A stretch of DNA of 64,000 nucleotides from assembly GCA_951406725.2 (NCBI GenBank), contig OX597833.1, positions 61,690,001-61,754,000 on the forward strand, written 5' to 3'. The position numbers and the translations under genes are program-made. Each line of letters opens with the position of its first letter. Positions within the stretch are counted from its first letter, which is position 1. The DNA comes from Octopus vulgaris (taxonomy: Eukaryota). The notes under the pieces were generated by a model. It did not search any database, was not told the origin of the DNA, and was given only the letters and a program-made list of their open reading frames with translations. This document shows positions 12,601 through 25,736 of this stretch, in pieces.

Positions 12601-15600
12601 ACCATTGTCATCATCATCATCATCATCACCATCATCATCATCATCGTCGTCATCATCATCATCACCATCGTCATCATCATCATTACCACCATCATCATTT
12701 CTTAACATCCATTCTCCATGCTGGCATGGGCTGGACAGTTTGACAGGAGCTGTCCAGACTCCCATTGTCTCTTGTGGCATGGATTCTATGGCTGGATGAC
12801 CTTTCTAATGCCAAACCACTTTACAGAGTGTACTGGGTGCTATTTATGTTCCACAGGCACAGATGCATTTATGCAGCGTCAGTTCATGCTGCAAGCTAAC
12901 TCGCATGTTGGAAAAGACGGTAGTTATGTAAAATTGTACAAACCAAAACAAGCACAGGAGTGGCTGTGTGGTAAGTAGCTTGCTAACCAACCACATGGTT
13001 CCGAGTTCAGTCCCACTGCGTGGCATCTTGGGCAAGTGTCTTCTGCTATAGCCTCGGGCCGACCAGAGCCTTGTGAGTGGATTTGGTAGACGGAAACTGA
13101 AAGAAGCCTGTCGTATATATGTATATATATATATATATGCGTGTTTGTGTTTCTGTGTTTGTCCCCCGAACATTGCTTGATAACCGATGCTGCTATGGCC
13201 CCGGGCTGACCAATGCCTCGTGAGTTGATTTGGTAGACGGAAACTGAAAGAAGCCTGTCGTATATATGTATATATATATATATATGCGTGTTTGTGTTTC
13301 TGTGTTTGTCCCCCGAACATTGCTTGATAACCGATGCTGCTATGGCCCTGGGCTGACCAATGCCTCGTGAGTTGATTTGGTAGACGGAAACTGAAAGAAG
13401 CCTGTCGTGTATATGTATATATATGTGTGTGTGTGTTTTTGTGTGTCTGTGTTTGTCCCCCTAGCATTGCTTGACAACCGATGCTGGTGTGTTTACGTCC
13501 CCGTCACTTAGCGGTTCGGCAAAAGAGACCGATAGAATAAGTACTGGGCTTACAAAGAACAAGTCCCGGGGTCGATTTGCTTGACTAGCGGTGGTGCTCC
13601 AGCATGGCCGCAGTCAAATGACTGAAACAAGTAAAAGAGTAAGAGTATACACTTGTTATTTAAACAATGGTCACATTTTGAGATTCTTTTTTTTTTCCCT
13701 TTCAGAGCTGCGTGGGAACAGAAGAAATGGCACTTTTACAACACAGCAAAAATTTGATTGATTCTCTGATTAAAACAGAGGAAATGGATAACGAGGAATT
13801 AAAAGAGTTTTCCACTAAATACGACAGTCTTTACTTTCATAAGGTAAAGTGTAATTTCAGTATATTTTTTATAAAATGAAACATTACAAGCATAGATAAA
13901 CATGCCAGTGTACGCCCGCAAAGACTTGTACTCCTTCACTTGTTTCAGTCATTTGACTGTGGCCATGCTGGAGCACTGCCTTTAGTCGGGCAAATCGACC
14001 CCAGGACTTATTCTTTGTAAGACCAGTACTTATTCTATCGGTCTCTTTTGCCGAACCGCTAAGTAACGGGGACATAAACACACCAGCATCGGTTGTCAAG
14101 CAATGTTGGGGGGACAAACACAGACGCATATATACATATATACGACGGGCTTCTTTCAGTTTCCGTCTACCAAATCCACTCACAAGACTTTGGTCAGCCT
14201 GAGACTATAGTAGAAGACACTTGCCCAAGGTGCCACGTAGTGGGACTGAACCCGGAACCATGTGGTTGGTAAACAAACTACTTACCACACAGCCACTCCT
14301 GCGCCTATGCATACATATATACAAGTTTACATATACACATCAGTATAAGCCCCAAAGAACCCCTTCAGTGCTTCAGGTACAGAAATTTTTCTGGAAGTAA
14401 CGAAGACGCTTTCTCTATAAACTGTTTCAAATATAAATTCGAATGAAATTTCAGAGTAATGGCAGTTTAACTAAGGGAGAAAACTTTTGTTTCTTCTTGC
14501 TGAAATAATGTGTTTCTACGTAGCATGCTTTTTTTTAAAATAGATTTAAAACATTTAATATATAATAATAATGAAGTTATTGTATATAGTGCTCAGGTGC
14601 ACCACAACTTGTCAAAAGTGTGTATAAAGCATATGCAGTAAAGTACAAATGTCTGGGAAGTGAACAGTGTATGAGTCAGATACATGCTTGCATGTGTATG
14701 GAAGGGAGAAAATCAAGTGTAGTGTTGGCGAATCTCAGGAAGCATGGAAGTTTTGAAGGATGCAGTGCTCCGACAACTAACAACTGATGCTGGCAGTTTG
14801 TTCCATGCTTCAGCAACTCTTAGCGTCAAAAAATTTTTCCTAAAGTCATGGGAGCTGTGCTGTTTTCTGACTTTGTAAACATGTCCACAGGTGTTAGACA
14901 GGTGGAGTTTGAAAAGGTGCTCAGAGTTATTGTTTGTAAGATGGTTAATAATTTTATGGGTGTCTGCCAAGTCAGCTGCCAGACGTCGGAGTTTCAATGT
15001 ATCCAAGCCCAGGGAAGTAAGGTGTTCAGAATATGGCAAATGCCTGATGGAGGGTATTCTTTTGGTTGCATGTCGCTGAACGGTTTCCAGACGATTAATA
15101 TCCTGGGCAAGATAGGGGTTCCAGACTGGTGATGCAAATTCCATTTTTATATGCATTACATTGCATTTGCTGTAGAAAGAAATGTATTTTTATAGTTCCG
15201 TGGTCTGTTTTAAAGCTGGTTTTAGTATCAAATGTAGCGGCCAAATGTTAATGGAAATATTACACTGATATAAGTTATTGCCTCTGAATATTAAACAATT
15301 TGCTTCGTGAAGGGTTAATTTGGGTAACAACAATATTTGAGGAACCAAAGACGGGTGGAGGGAATATACGATTGTACACTACATGAGATGTAGAACAGGA
15401 ACAACCAGATGGATTTGCTATATTTCACCGAGGAAATGACTAGAGAACGAGACCTATGGAAGTATGCTGTGCGTGAGAAGACCCAGCAGGACAAGTGAGG
15501 CCATAATCCCGTGGCCTATACCTGGGATGTAGCCAGCCCACTTATGCATTCCTTTCCTTCTTGGGACACAAAACCCCACTTATGAAGACCTGTTGAGGCA

Positions 15601-18442
15601 AGTGAAAATCAAAATCATAATCTATCAACGTAAGAAACCATCCAAACGTGGCTATAGCCAGCACCACCCGACTGGCCTCCGTGCCGGTGGCACATAAAAA
15701 GCACCATCCGACCGTGGCCATTGCCAGCTTTGTCTGGTCCCCGTGCCGGTGGCACATAAAAAACACCATCCGTTCGTGTCCGTTGCCAGCCTCGCCTGGC
15801 CCCGTGCCGGTGGCACGTAAAAAGCACCATCCATCCGTGGCCGTTTGCCAGCTCCGTCTGGCACCTGTGCGGGTGGCACGTAAAAAGCACCCACTACACT
15901 CACGGAGTGGTTGGCGTTAGGAAGGGCACCCAGCTGTAGAAACACTGCCAGATCAGACTAGGCCTGGTGCAGCCATCTGGCTTCCCAGACCCCAGTTGAA
16001 CCATCCAACCCATGCCAGCATGGAAAGCGGACGTTAAACGATGATGATGATGTATCTCTATCAGTTTTGCAGGTTATTTTTTTTATTGTTTTGCATATCC
16101 ATGTCATAAACGTTTAAAGCTTAGTTCTATTTCATTTCTTCTTACCATTTCAGGACACTAACAAATGTGCTTGGATAGCACTTGGCTGTACAGTGAAACT
16201 TGTTGATAAAGTTATTGAAAACGAGGTAAGAGATTTTCCTAAAGAAATATTTATCTAAAAAGAGGATGAAGTGAGGAATGAGTTTAATTGTTGGCATCTT
16301 GTAACACGTATGATGCATCATCTAACACATTAAACAACTCTCACAGCATATACACCGTGCAGTCGTCATCACGACACTTACACCACATACTTTTCTACTC
16401 TAGGCACAAGGCCCAAAATTTTTAGGGAGGGGGCGAGTCGATTAGATTGACACCAGTATGCAACTGGTACTTAATTTATCGACCACGAAAGGATGAAAGG
16501 CAAAGTTGACCTCGGCGGAATTTGAACTCAGAACGTAAAGTCAGACGAAATACCTATTTCTTTACTACCCACAAGGGGCTAAACACAGAGAGGACAGACA
16601 AACGGATTAAGTCGATTACATCGACCCCAGTGTGTAACTGGTACTTAATTTATAGACCCTGAAAGGATGAAAGGCAAAATTGTCCTCGGCGGAGTTTGAA
16701 CTCAGAACATGACGGCAGACAAAATACCTATTTCTTTACTACCCACAAGGGGCTAAACACAGAGAGGACAAACAAGGACAGACAAACGGATTAAGTTGAT
16801 TACATCGACCCCAGTGTGTAACTGGTACTTAATTTATCGATCCCGAAAGGATGAAAGGCAAACTCGACCTCGGCGGAATTTGAACTCAGAACGTAAAGTC
16901 AGACGAAATACCTATTTCTTTACTACCCACAAGGGGCTAAAACACAGAGAGGACAGACAAACGGATTAAGTCGATTATATCGATCCCAGTGCGTAACTGG
17001 TACTTATTTAATCGACCCCGTAAGGATGAACGGCAAAGTCGACCTCGGCGGAATTTGAACTCAGAACGTAGCAGCAGACGAAATACCTATTTCTTTACTT
17101 CCCACAAGGGGCTAAACACAGAGGGGACAAACAAGGACAGACAAACGGATTAAGTCGATTACATCGACTCCAGTGCGTAACTGGTACTTAATTTATCGAC
17201 CCCGTAAGGATGAAAGGCAAAGTCAACCTCGGCGGAATTCGAACTCAAGACGTAATGGCAGATGAAATACCGCTAAGCATTTCGCCTGGCGTGCTAACGT
17301 TTCTGCCAGATCGCCGCCTTCAATAGAAAATATGGAACACTTCACGAATTTGCGTGTCATCCTTGCACAGGAGCCATACTAATCTTCTCTGTATCGTTCC
17401 AATTTTAGAATATGTACCGCCGTATAGCTTATTGTATTGTACATTCACTATACAACAAGCAGATGAAACATTAAAATACCTATTTCTTTATTACCCACAA
17501 GGGGCTAAACATAGAGGGGACAAACAAGGACAGATTAGATTGACACCAGTATGCAACTGGTACTTAATTTATCGACCCCGAAAGGATGAAAGGCAAAGTC
17601 GATCTCGGCGGAATTTGAACTCAGAACGTAACGGCAGACGAAATACCGCTAAGCATTTTGCCCAGCGTGCTAACACTTCTGCCAGCTCGCCGCCTTATTA
17701 AAATACCATCACTACCACCGCCACCACTATTGTCTTCAGCAGGAACAGCACCAGTAGCAGCAGAAACAGTAAAACCAATCCCACAACAAAGTTAAAGCAG
17801 ATTTCATATATACACTAACAATTCTACATCCTCAAAATATAATATTGCATACACACCTGCATGTGTATATATGTGATGCAGCTGAAACTGTTGAAAATGA
17901 TGCTGATGATGATGATTGCAATACAATTATTTCTGAATATTCTGTTGTTCTTGTTATTTTTGTTGTTGCTGCTGTTGTTGTTGTTGTTGTTAAGCAAAAA
18001 GACGGGTAAGGGCGATTAGGTGATGGTCTAGGGCTTAGGGGCAGGAGACCCCAGACCTTGGAAAAAAAAAAACTTTGGTTGTCTCGTTGTAGTCGAGGGC
18101 TCTTCGTTGACGCCCGACCCCACTGGGAGGTGACCCTCGAAGTCGCTGGAAACGGAGATCTCCAGGTCCGAATTCTTGCACGGCTGCTGTTGTTGTTGTT
18201 AAGGTGGTGAGCTGGCAGAATCGTTAGTGCGCTAGGTGAAATGCTTAGTGGGGTTTTGTCTGCCACTACGTTCTGAGTTCAAATTCCACCAGGTTGACTT
18301 TGTGTTCACCCTTTCGGGGTCGATTAAATAAGTATGAAGTACACACTGGGGTCAATGTAATCGACTTAATCCCCTCCTACCCAGCTGGCCTTGTAGCAAA
18401 AATTTGAAATCATTATTATTGTTATTATCATTATTTTTATTA

Positions 18443-18528
<86 letters not shown>

Positions 18529-19881
18529 ATTATTATTATTATTATTATCATTATTTTTTCTCTTATTCACAGATAAGGAATGGATTTGCCTTAGTGAGGT
18601 AAGAGTAAAACCCTTTATTTTATTAAGGCTTTGTCAGTGAAATGAGGCGGACAGTGGCCTTGGATTTTGAAGGCGTTTGGAAATTGAGTGGGGTAAAAAG
18701 GGAAGAAGACCCCTAACCCCACTGCACCCATTCCTTCTTGATGAATGTCTTATCCTCAGACCAGAGATATCTGGGTCTGAATACCTAAAAATAGAAGGGT
18801 ATTTGGACCACATCCTTTTGTCTCTGGTGAGAATATTTCTCCATAACAAACTGCAGTGTAAATCCTTTTTACAGGTCCAAATAAATATCTCTCATGCATG
18901 CATGTATGTAAAGTGTACCAAAAAGGGTGTTATAAAATATATAATAATAATAATGAAATTATTGTATACTGTGCTCAGGTGCACTACAACTTGTCAGAAA
19001 GTGCGTATAAAGCATATGCAGTAATGTACAAATGTCTGGGAAGTGAACAATGTATGAGTCAGATACATGCTTGCGTGTGTATGGAGGGGAGAAAATCAGG
19101 TGTAGTGTTGGCGAATCTCAGGAAGCATGGAAGTTTTGAAGGATGCAGTGCTCCGACAACTAACAACTGATGCCGGCAGTTTGTTCCATGCTTCAGCAAC
19201 TCTTAGCGTGAGAAAATGTTTCTGAAAGTCATGGGAGCTGTGCTGTTTTCTGACTTTGTAAACATGTCCACGGGTGTTAGACGGGTGGAGTTCGAAAAGG
19301 TGCTCAGAGTTATTGTTTGTAAGATGGTTGATAATTTTATGGGTGTCTGCGAAGTCAGCTGCCAGACGTCGGAGTTTCAATGTGTCCATGCCCACGGAAG
19401 TAAGGTGTTCAGAATATGGCAAATGCCTGATGGAGGGTATTCTTTTGGTTGCACATCGCTGAACAGCTTCCAGACGATTGATATGTTGGGCAAGATAGGG
19501 GTTCCAGACTGGTGATGCAAATTCCAGGTGAGGTCTTACTATAGCTATATAAAGCCGCAGATAGATAGCCGGTGAGTGGCTCACAATAAACACTTACATT
19601 GCTAGAAATAAGAGCTAAACACTCTAATACATATGTATGTATTAGAATAAACACAAAACCAAAGGTTGATAGTTTGAATGCATTTAGTACACATGTTTCT
19701 AGTGGTTATTTAAGATAACTCTTATGTAATACCATTTGGGAAAATGGCAGACATTGTCTCACAAGCAGTTGTGCAGGCAAAAGTGTTAGTAAATGTGGTT
19801 GGATTGACCTGAAAATTTCCACACCTATGTTAAAAGTGCTGGGGAGTTTGCATGGCAACTTTGAGTTTGCTCAATTGAAAG

Positions 19882-19929
<48 letters not shown>

Positions 19930-22319
19930 AGTTGAGTTGTGGGGTATCGCACGAGTGGGATTATATAAGAAAAAAGGTTTGAAAATGCAATTAAAACGAT
20001 GTTTATTTACTTAACCGGTTTCACTCTTTGGTAAAAGATTGTCAAAAGTTACATTTAAGGAAACATTGAATAATATGGGTTCAAAAAAGTTTTTTACATA
20101 ATTGTCACATTGAATATTATGCATTCAAAAAGGTTTTTTACATAATTGTCACATTGGATATTATGGGTTCAAAAAAGTTTTTTACATAATTGTCACATTG
20201 AATATTATGCATTCAAAAAAGTTTTTTACATAATTGTCACATTGGATATTATGAATTCAAAAATGTTTTTTTATACATAATTGTCACATTATTTGGGAAA
20301 ATTTGGCAGAAAAGGATAAAACAAATATATTATTGGGAATTGGTTGCGTTAATTATTGGTTGTCGCAAATTGTCACATTACATGTATATATATACAATCT
20401 TTGGTATATATATACAGCGTTTTGACAGCAAAAATTAAAATGGATTTTTTGTATGTATGTGTGTATATATATATATATATATGTGTATATATATGTGTGT
20501 GTGTGTATGTGTGTGTGTGTATATTTATTTGCATGTTTATGTGTGTATAAACATGTACATTATTTGCATGCGCATTGTATATATGTATATTGTATGTATG
20601 TGTATTGTATATGTACGTGTACAATTAAGTGTATATATTTGTGTGTATGTGTGCACTGTATATATGTATATTGTAGGTGTGCTATATGTGCATGAATACA
20701 TGTATATGCATTGCGTGTATATATACATGTATATACATGTATGTGTATTGTATATGTACGTGTACAATTAAGTGTATATATTTGTGTGTATGTGTGCACT
20801 GTATATATGTATATTGTAGGTGTGCTATATGTGCATGAATACATGTATATGCATTGCGTGTATATATATGTATGCATTGTGTGTGCATGTATGTTATGTG
20901 TGTGTGTGTGTATATATATATTATATGTATGCGTACGTGTATGTGTATGCATTGTATGTATGTGTGTTGTGTGTATATGTGGTACATCTATGTATGTGTA
21001 TGTAAACACTATTTATATGTATATGTGTATATATGTATATGCATTGTCTATATATATATATATTGTATGTATGTATTGCGTATGTATATTGCATGCATAT
21101 ATTGTGTATGTATATTACTTACATGCTGTATGTGTGTATTGTATGTGTGTATATATATATGCTAGGTGTATTTGTGTGATATTTATATTATGTATGTATG
21201 TGTGCGTGTGTTGTGTGTGTGTGTGTGTATGTGTGTTATATATCTGTGTATATTATATATAGATACATGTTATATTTGTGTGCTGTGTATATATGTGATA
21301 TATGTGGGTGCGTTGTGTGTGGGTGTGTGTGTTCTGTGTGTGTGTGTGTTGTCTGTATGTGGTTTGTGTTTGTATACTATGTGTGTGTGTGTGTGTGTTG
21401 TTGTGTGTGTGTGTGTTTGTGTGTATATATATGTGTGTGACAAACAGACGCTGTCTGACCAGCAGGCACGGACACATCTATTCACACCCGCATACTAACC
21501 TCCTGATAACCCCAAAATCATTCATGCATAAAGGGGAAGTATACACCACATTGGCTACTTCTGTTCTCTCAGTTCAGCCTTTCTGCTAATACTAACAGGT
21601 CAGTAAAAACATACTTAAAATATTCTGAGATGGACAAAAAATCCATTTTAATTTTTGCTGTCAAAACGCTGTATATATATACCAAAGATTGTATATATAT
21701 ACATGTAATGTGACAATTTGCGACAACCAATAATTAACGCAACCAATTCCCAATAATATATTTGTTTTATCCTTTTCTGCCAAATTTTCCCAAATAATGT
21801 GACAATTATGTATAAAAAAACATTTTTGAATTCATAATATCCAATGTGACAATTATGTAAAAAACTTTTTTGAATGCATAATATTCAATGTGACAATTAT
21901 GTAAAAAACTTTTTTTGAACCCATAATATCCAATGTGACAATTATGTAAAAAACCTTTTTGAATGCATAATATTCAATGTGACAATTATGTAAAAAACTT
22001 TTTTTGAACCCATATTATTCAATGTTTCCTTAAATGTAACTTTTGACAATCTTTTACCAAAGAGTGAAACCGGTTAAGTAAATAAACATCGTTTTAATTG
22101 CATTTTCAAACCTTTTTTCTTATATATATATATATATACTTTATTTAAACTCCGAGTAACAGGTTTTGTTGAATTTCTGCTGCTTTTAAATAAAGCATAT
22201 TACTCTACCCCTGGTATTTGAGTACTCTTTTTCCACCTTGTTTCACATTTATGTGTTTACTCTGATATATATATATTTCGTTCTTGAAAGGATGGACTTT
22301 GTGCAAACTTAACTGTATC

Positions 22320-22371
<52 letters not shown>

Positions 22372-25300
22372 ATTAATAGTAATTTTTATTAACTTTTATA
22401 GCTTTAGAATTTTATGAACTGAACCATGGTTTTAATTATTATTTTTCATCTCCCTATGTGTTAGGTTTTTTTAAAAAAAATATTAGCCAAATATGTATAA
22501 TATCGGTACTTATTAATATTAATATATACACTAATATATATTTTGTTTTATTTTGTTCTGTTTACCTTCCTTTATTGTACCAATGTGTATTATATTATAT
22601 AAGTGTGGCATTATGATGTATAAGTTTTTATATTTTACATTTTTATATTTTTATATTTATATGTATATGATTATATAATATTTTTCACAATTATAACAAA
22701 TTTAATTTAATTCTCTGAAGAGGCCGTGGGGCATCCTTGTTAATGCCTCATTTATACCTGCCTTTATGGCTTATAGGTTAAATGAGGTATGACTGCCCTC
22801 ACTGCCGAAACAGCTGTCAGTTTTGATTAATTGCATATTATATTTGAAATTTTTTACTTATATCTCTTTATCTTTTTACTATTAATGTATATCTCTTTTT
22901 GTATAATGCCTCTACTCATATGTAATGGTGTATTAAAGTATTGATTGGGTATCATCGGATAGTTGATGTTTTATTGATTTAAGTATGTTTCTCCATTCTC
23001 TAATTTTGTAGTATATATATATATATATATATTTCTATCAAGGGCATTACTATACATAAATACCTCACGCTAGGAGGGACACTTAAAGTCAAAACTACCA
23101 TCCCTCCTAGAATGAGGCATTTATGTATAGTAATGCCCTTGATATAAATAAATATATTTAAAAGGAATAATTAATAAATTCTTCCCTTATGAGGCTTTTC
23201 ACGCTAACTACTTGATAAATTCTTATAAAGATTTTATCCTATTTTTCAATTGTATGTATATATATACGGCAAAAAAGCAGAAACTGATCAATCCCTCTGA
23301 GAATATCTCAACTGCTGCTTTTCGGTTGATTATGGTCCCTGTCAGTATCTGTGTATACAATTATGTGCTTTGCTGCAGCATTAGGGTATTTAGCTCTTAT
23401 TTCTAGCAATGTAAGTGTTTATAACACCCGTAGTTATATTTAATGATGTTTATAGCTTTCTTTTTTGATACACATTGCTTACTGCAGGCTAAATTAATTA
23501 TATATATATATCATCATCATCATCATCATGGTTTAGCGTCCGTTTTCCATGCTAGCATGGGTTGGACGGTTCTACTGGGGTCTGTGAAGCCAGAAGGCTT
23601 CATCAGGCCCAGTCAAATCTGGCAGTGTTTCTACGGCTGGATGCCCTTCCTAACGCCAACCACTCCGAGAGTGTAGTGGGTGCTTTTTACGTGCCACCCG
23701 CACATCATGATGATATATATATATATATATATTATATTAAATTAGAGATAAAACCACTATTAGGCAAATCAAACTGTGAAAATCATAAGCCAATACATAG
23801 AAATAAAATTAATTAAAAAAAATATAAAATTCCAAATTAAAATATTTAAATTAAAGTTAAAATTTAAAAAAATTATTTAAATAATCTAAACTTATAAATT
23901 ATAAATTTTAAATATATATATTTATTATTATTATTTTATTTTATTTATTTATTTATTTATTTATTTTTTAAATTTAAATTATATAACTATCAAAAAGTAT
24001 TAAAAGTTTAATATAAGATAAAGAGTATATATATATATATATACACACACATACACATTATATGTTTATACACACATATATACATACACATGATGTGCTT
24101 CAGCAATCAGGCCGTGGCCCTGTTGATGCATAGTCATATATATTAATGAATAATTCGTGACTTTTTCTTGTGTAGGGGTGGGGCAGTGGGTAGGAGTGGT
24201 GGTTAATTAATTAATTATCTTCTCTGGTACAGAGTGTTTGCTTGCTCCACCACCGCCACCACTACTACCACCACCACCACTGCTGTCACTACTACCACCA
24301 CCACTACAACCACCACCACCACTGCTGTCACTACTACTACCTAATATTATTTCTGTTTAATCTCTGTCCTTCCTTAAACCTCCATACACTCCAGTTTGCC
24401 TCCACCATCACTCCCACCCTGACACCCCTGCCACCGTCACCACCACAACCATCGCCATACTGCAACCACCACCACCACCTCCACAACCACTACTGCCACG
24501 ACCACCACCACTACAACCACATCTGCCACCACAACACCACCACCACCACCACAACACCACCACCTCCACTTCCACCATCACCACCACCACCACAACTGCT
24601 GCTGCCACCACCTCCACATCCACTGCTACCACCACCTCCACCACAACCACTGCTGCCACCCCACCACAACACCGCCACCACCATCACCACATCCACTGCT
24701 GCCACCACCACTTCCACCATCACCACCACCACAACCACTGCCACCATCACCACCACCACCACCACCCACTTCTACCACCGCCACCCCCACCACTACCACC
24801 ACCATGTACTCTATAATCTATCTCCACTTCTCTCTCCTTCCCAGACCTCCAGGCCACCACGCCCTCTACAATGAGTTCTGCGGTTATTGTTATCTCAACA
24901 ATGTAGGAATCGCTGCTGCCCATGCTTTATCAAAGGGAGTTGAAAGGTAAGAATTTATCATAAATATAGGCCCTAGGGGTCAATAAAGGACCTTATTAAT
25001 AAAACATTTTGTTTCTTATCTAGACACTGTGTCTCCAATTATTGTAATTAAGGATTTCGACCCTAAAGTTTTTAATACATACATATTCAAGAGTAAGTTA
25101 AGTACTTTATTAAGGTGTAGGCGTGGCTGTGTGGTTAACGAGTTTGCTTCCCAACTGCATGGTTTGGGGTTCAGTCCCACTGTGTGACACCTTTTATGTA
25201 AACTTGGTAAATGGAAATTGAAAGAAGCTCATGGTATATGTGTGTGTGTGTATGTATATATATATATATATTTTTTAATATTTTTTTACTACCCACAAGG

Positions 25301-25687
25301 AGCTAAACACAGAGGGGACAAAAAAGGACAAACGGATTAAGTCGATTACATCGATCCCAGTGTGTAACTGGTACTTAATTTATCAACCCCGAAAGGATGA
25401 AAGGCAAAGTCGACCTCGGCAGAATTTGAGCTCAGAACACAGCGGCGGATGAAATGCTGCAAAGCTTTTCGCCTAGTGTGCTAACGTTTCTGCCAGCTTG
25501 CCGCCTTTAAGTGTGTGTATGTATATATAGGTGTAGGAGTGGCTGCGTGGTAAGTAACTTGCTTACGAACCACATGGTTCCAGGTTCAGTCCCACTTGGG
25601 CAAGTGTCTTCTACTATAGCTTCGGGCCGACCAAAGCCTTATGTGTGGATTTGGTAGACGGAAACTGAAAGAAGCCCATCGTATATA

Positions 25688-25736
<49 letters not shown>

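Noticed and set aside
12229-12799. Poly-Asp / poly-Met / poly-Ser ORFs
   Set aside because: Translations of a (CAT)n tract open in several frames; no splice context.
17327-17422. Functional U6 gene
   Set aside because: 5' end missing, AGC triad mutated, no evident TATA/PSE upstream.
20356-21589. Cys/Val/Tyr- and His/Thr-rich ORFs (also 54522-55281, 58212-58974, 61672-62416)
   Set aside because: TG/CA/TA low-complexity DNA.
24242-24874. 210-aa Pro/His/Thr-rich ORF
   Set aside because: (CCA)n repeat; the true exon begins at 24845 in another frame.
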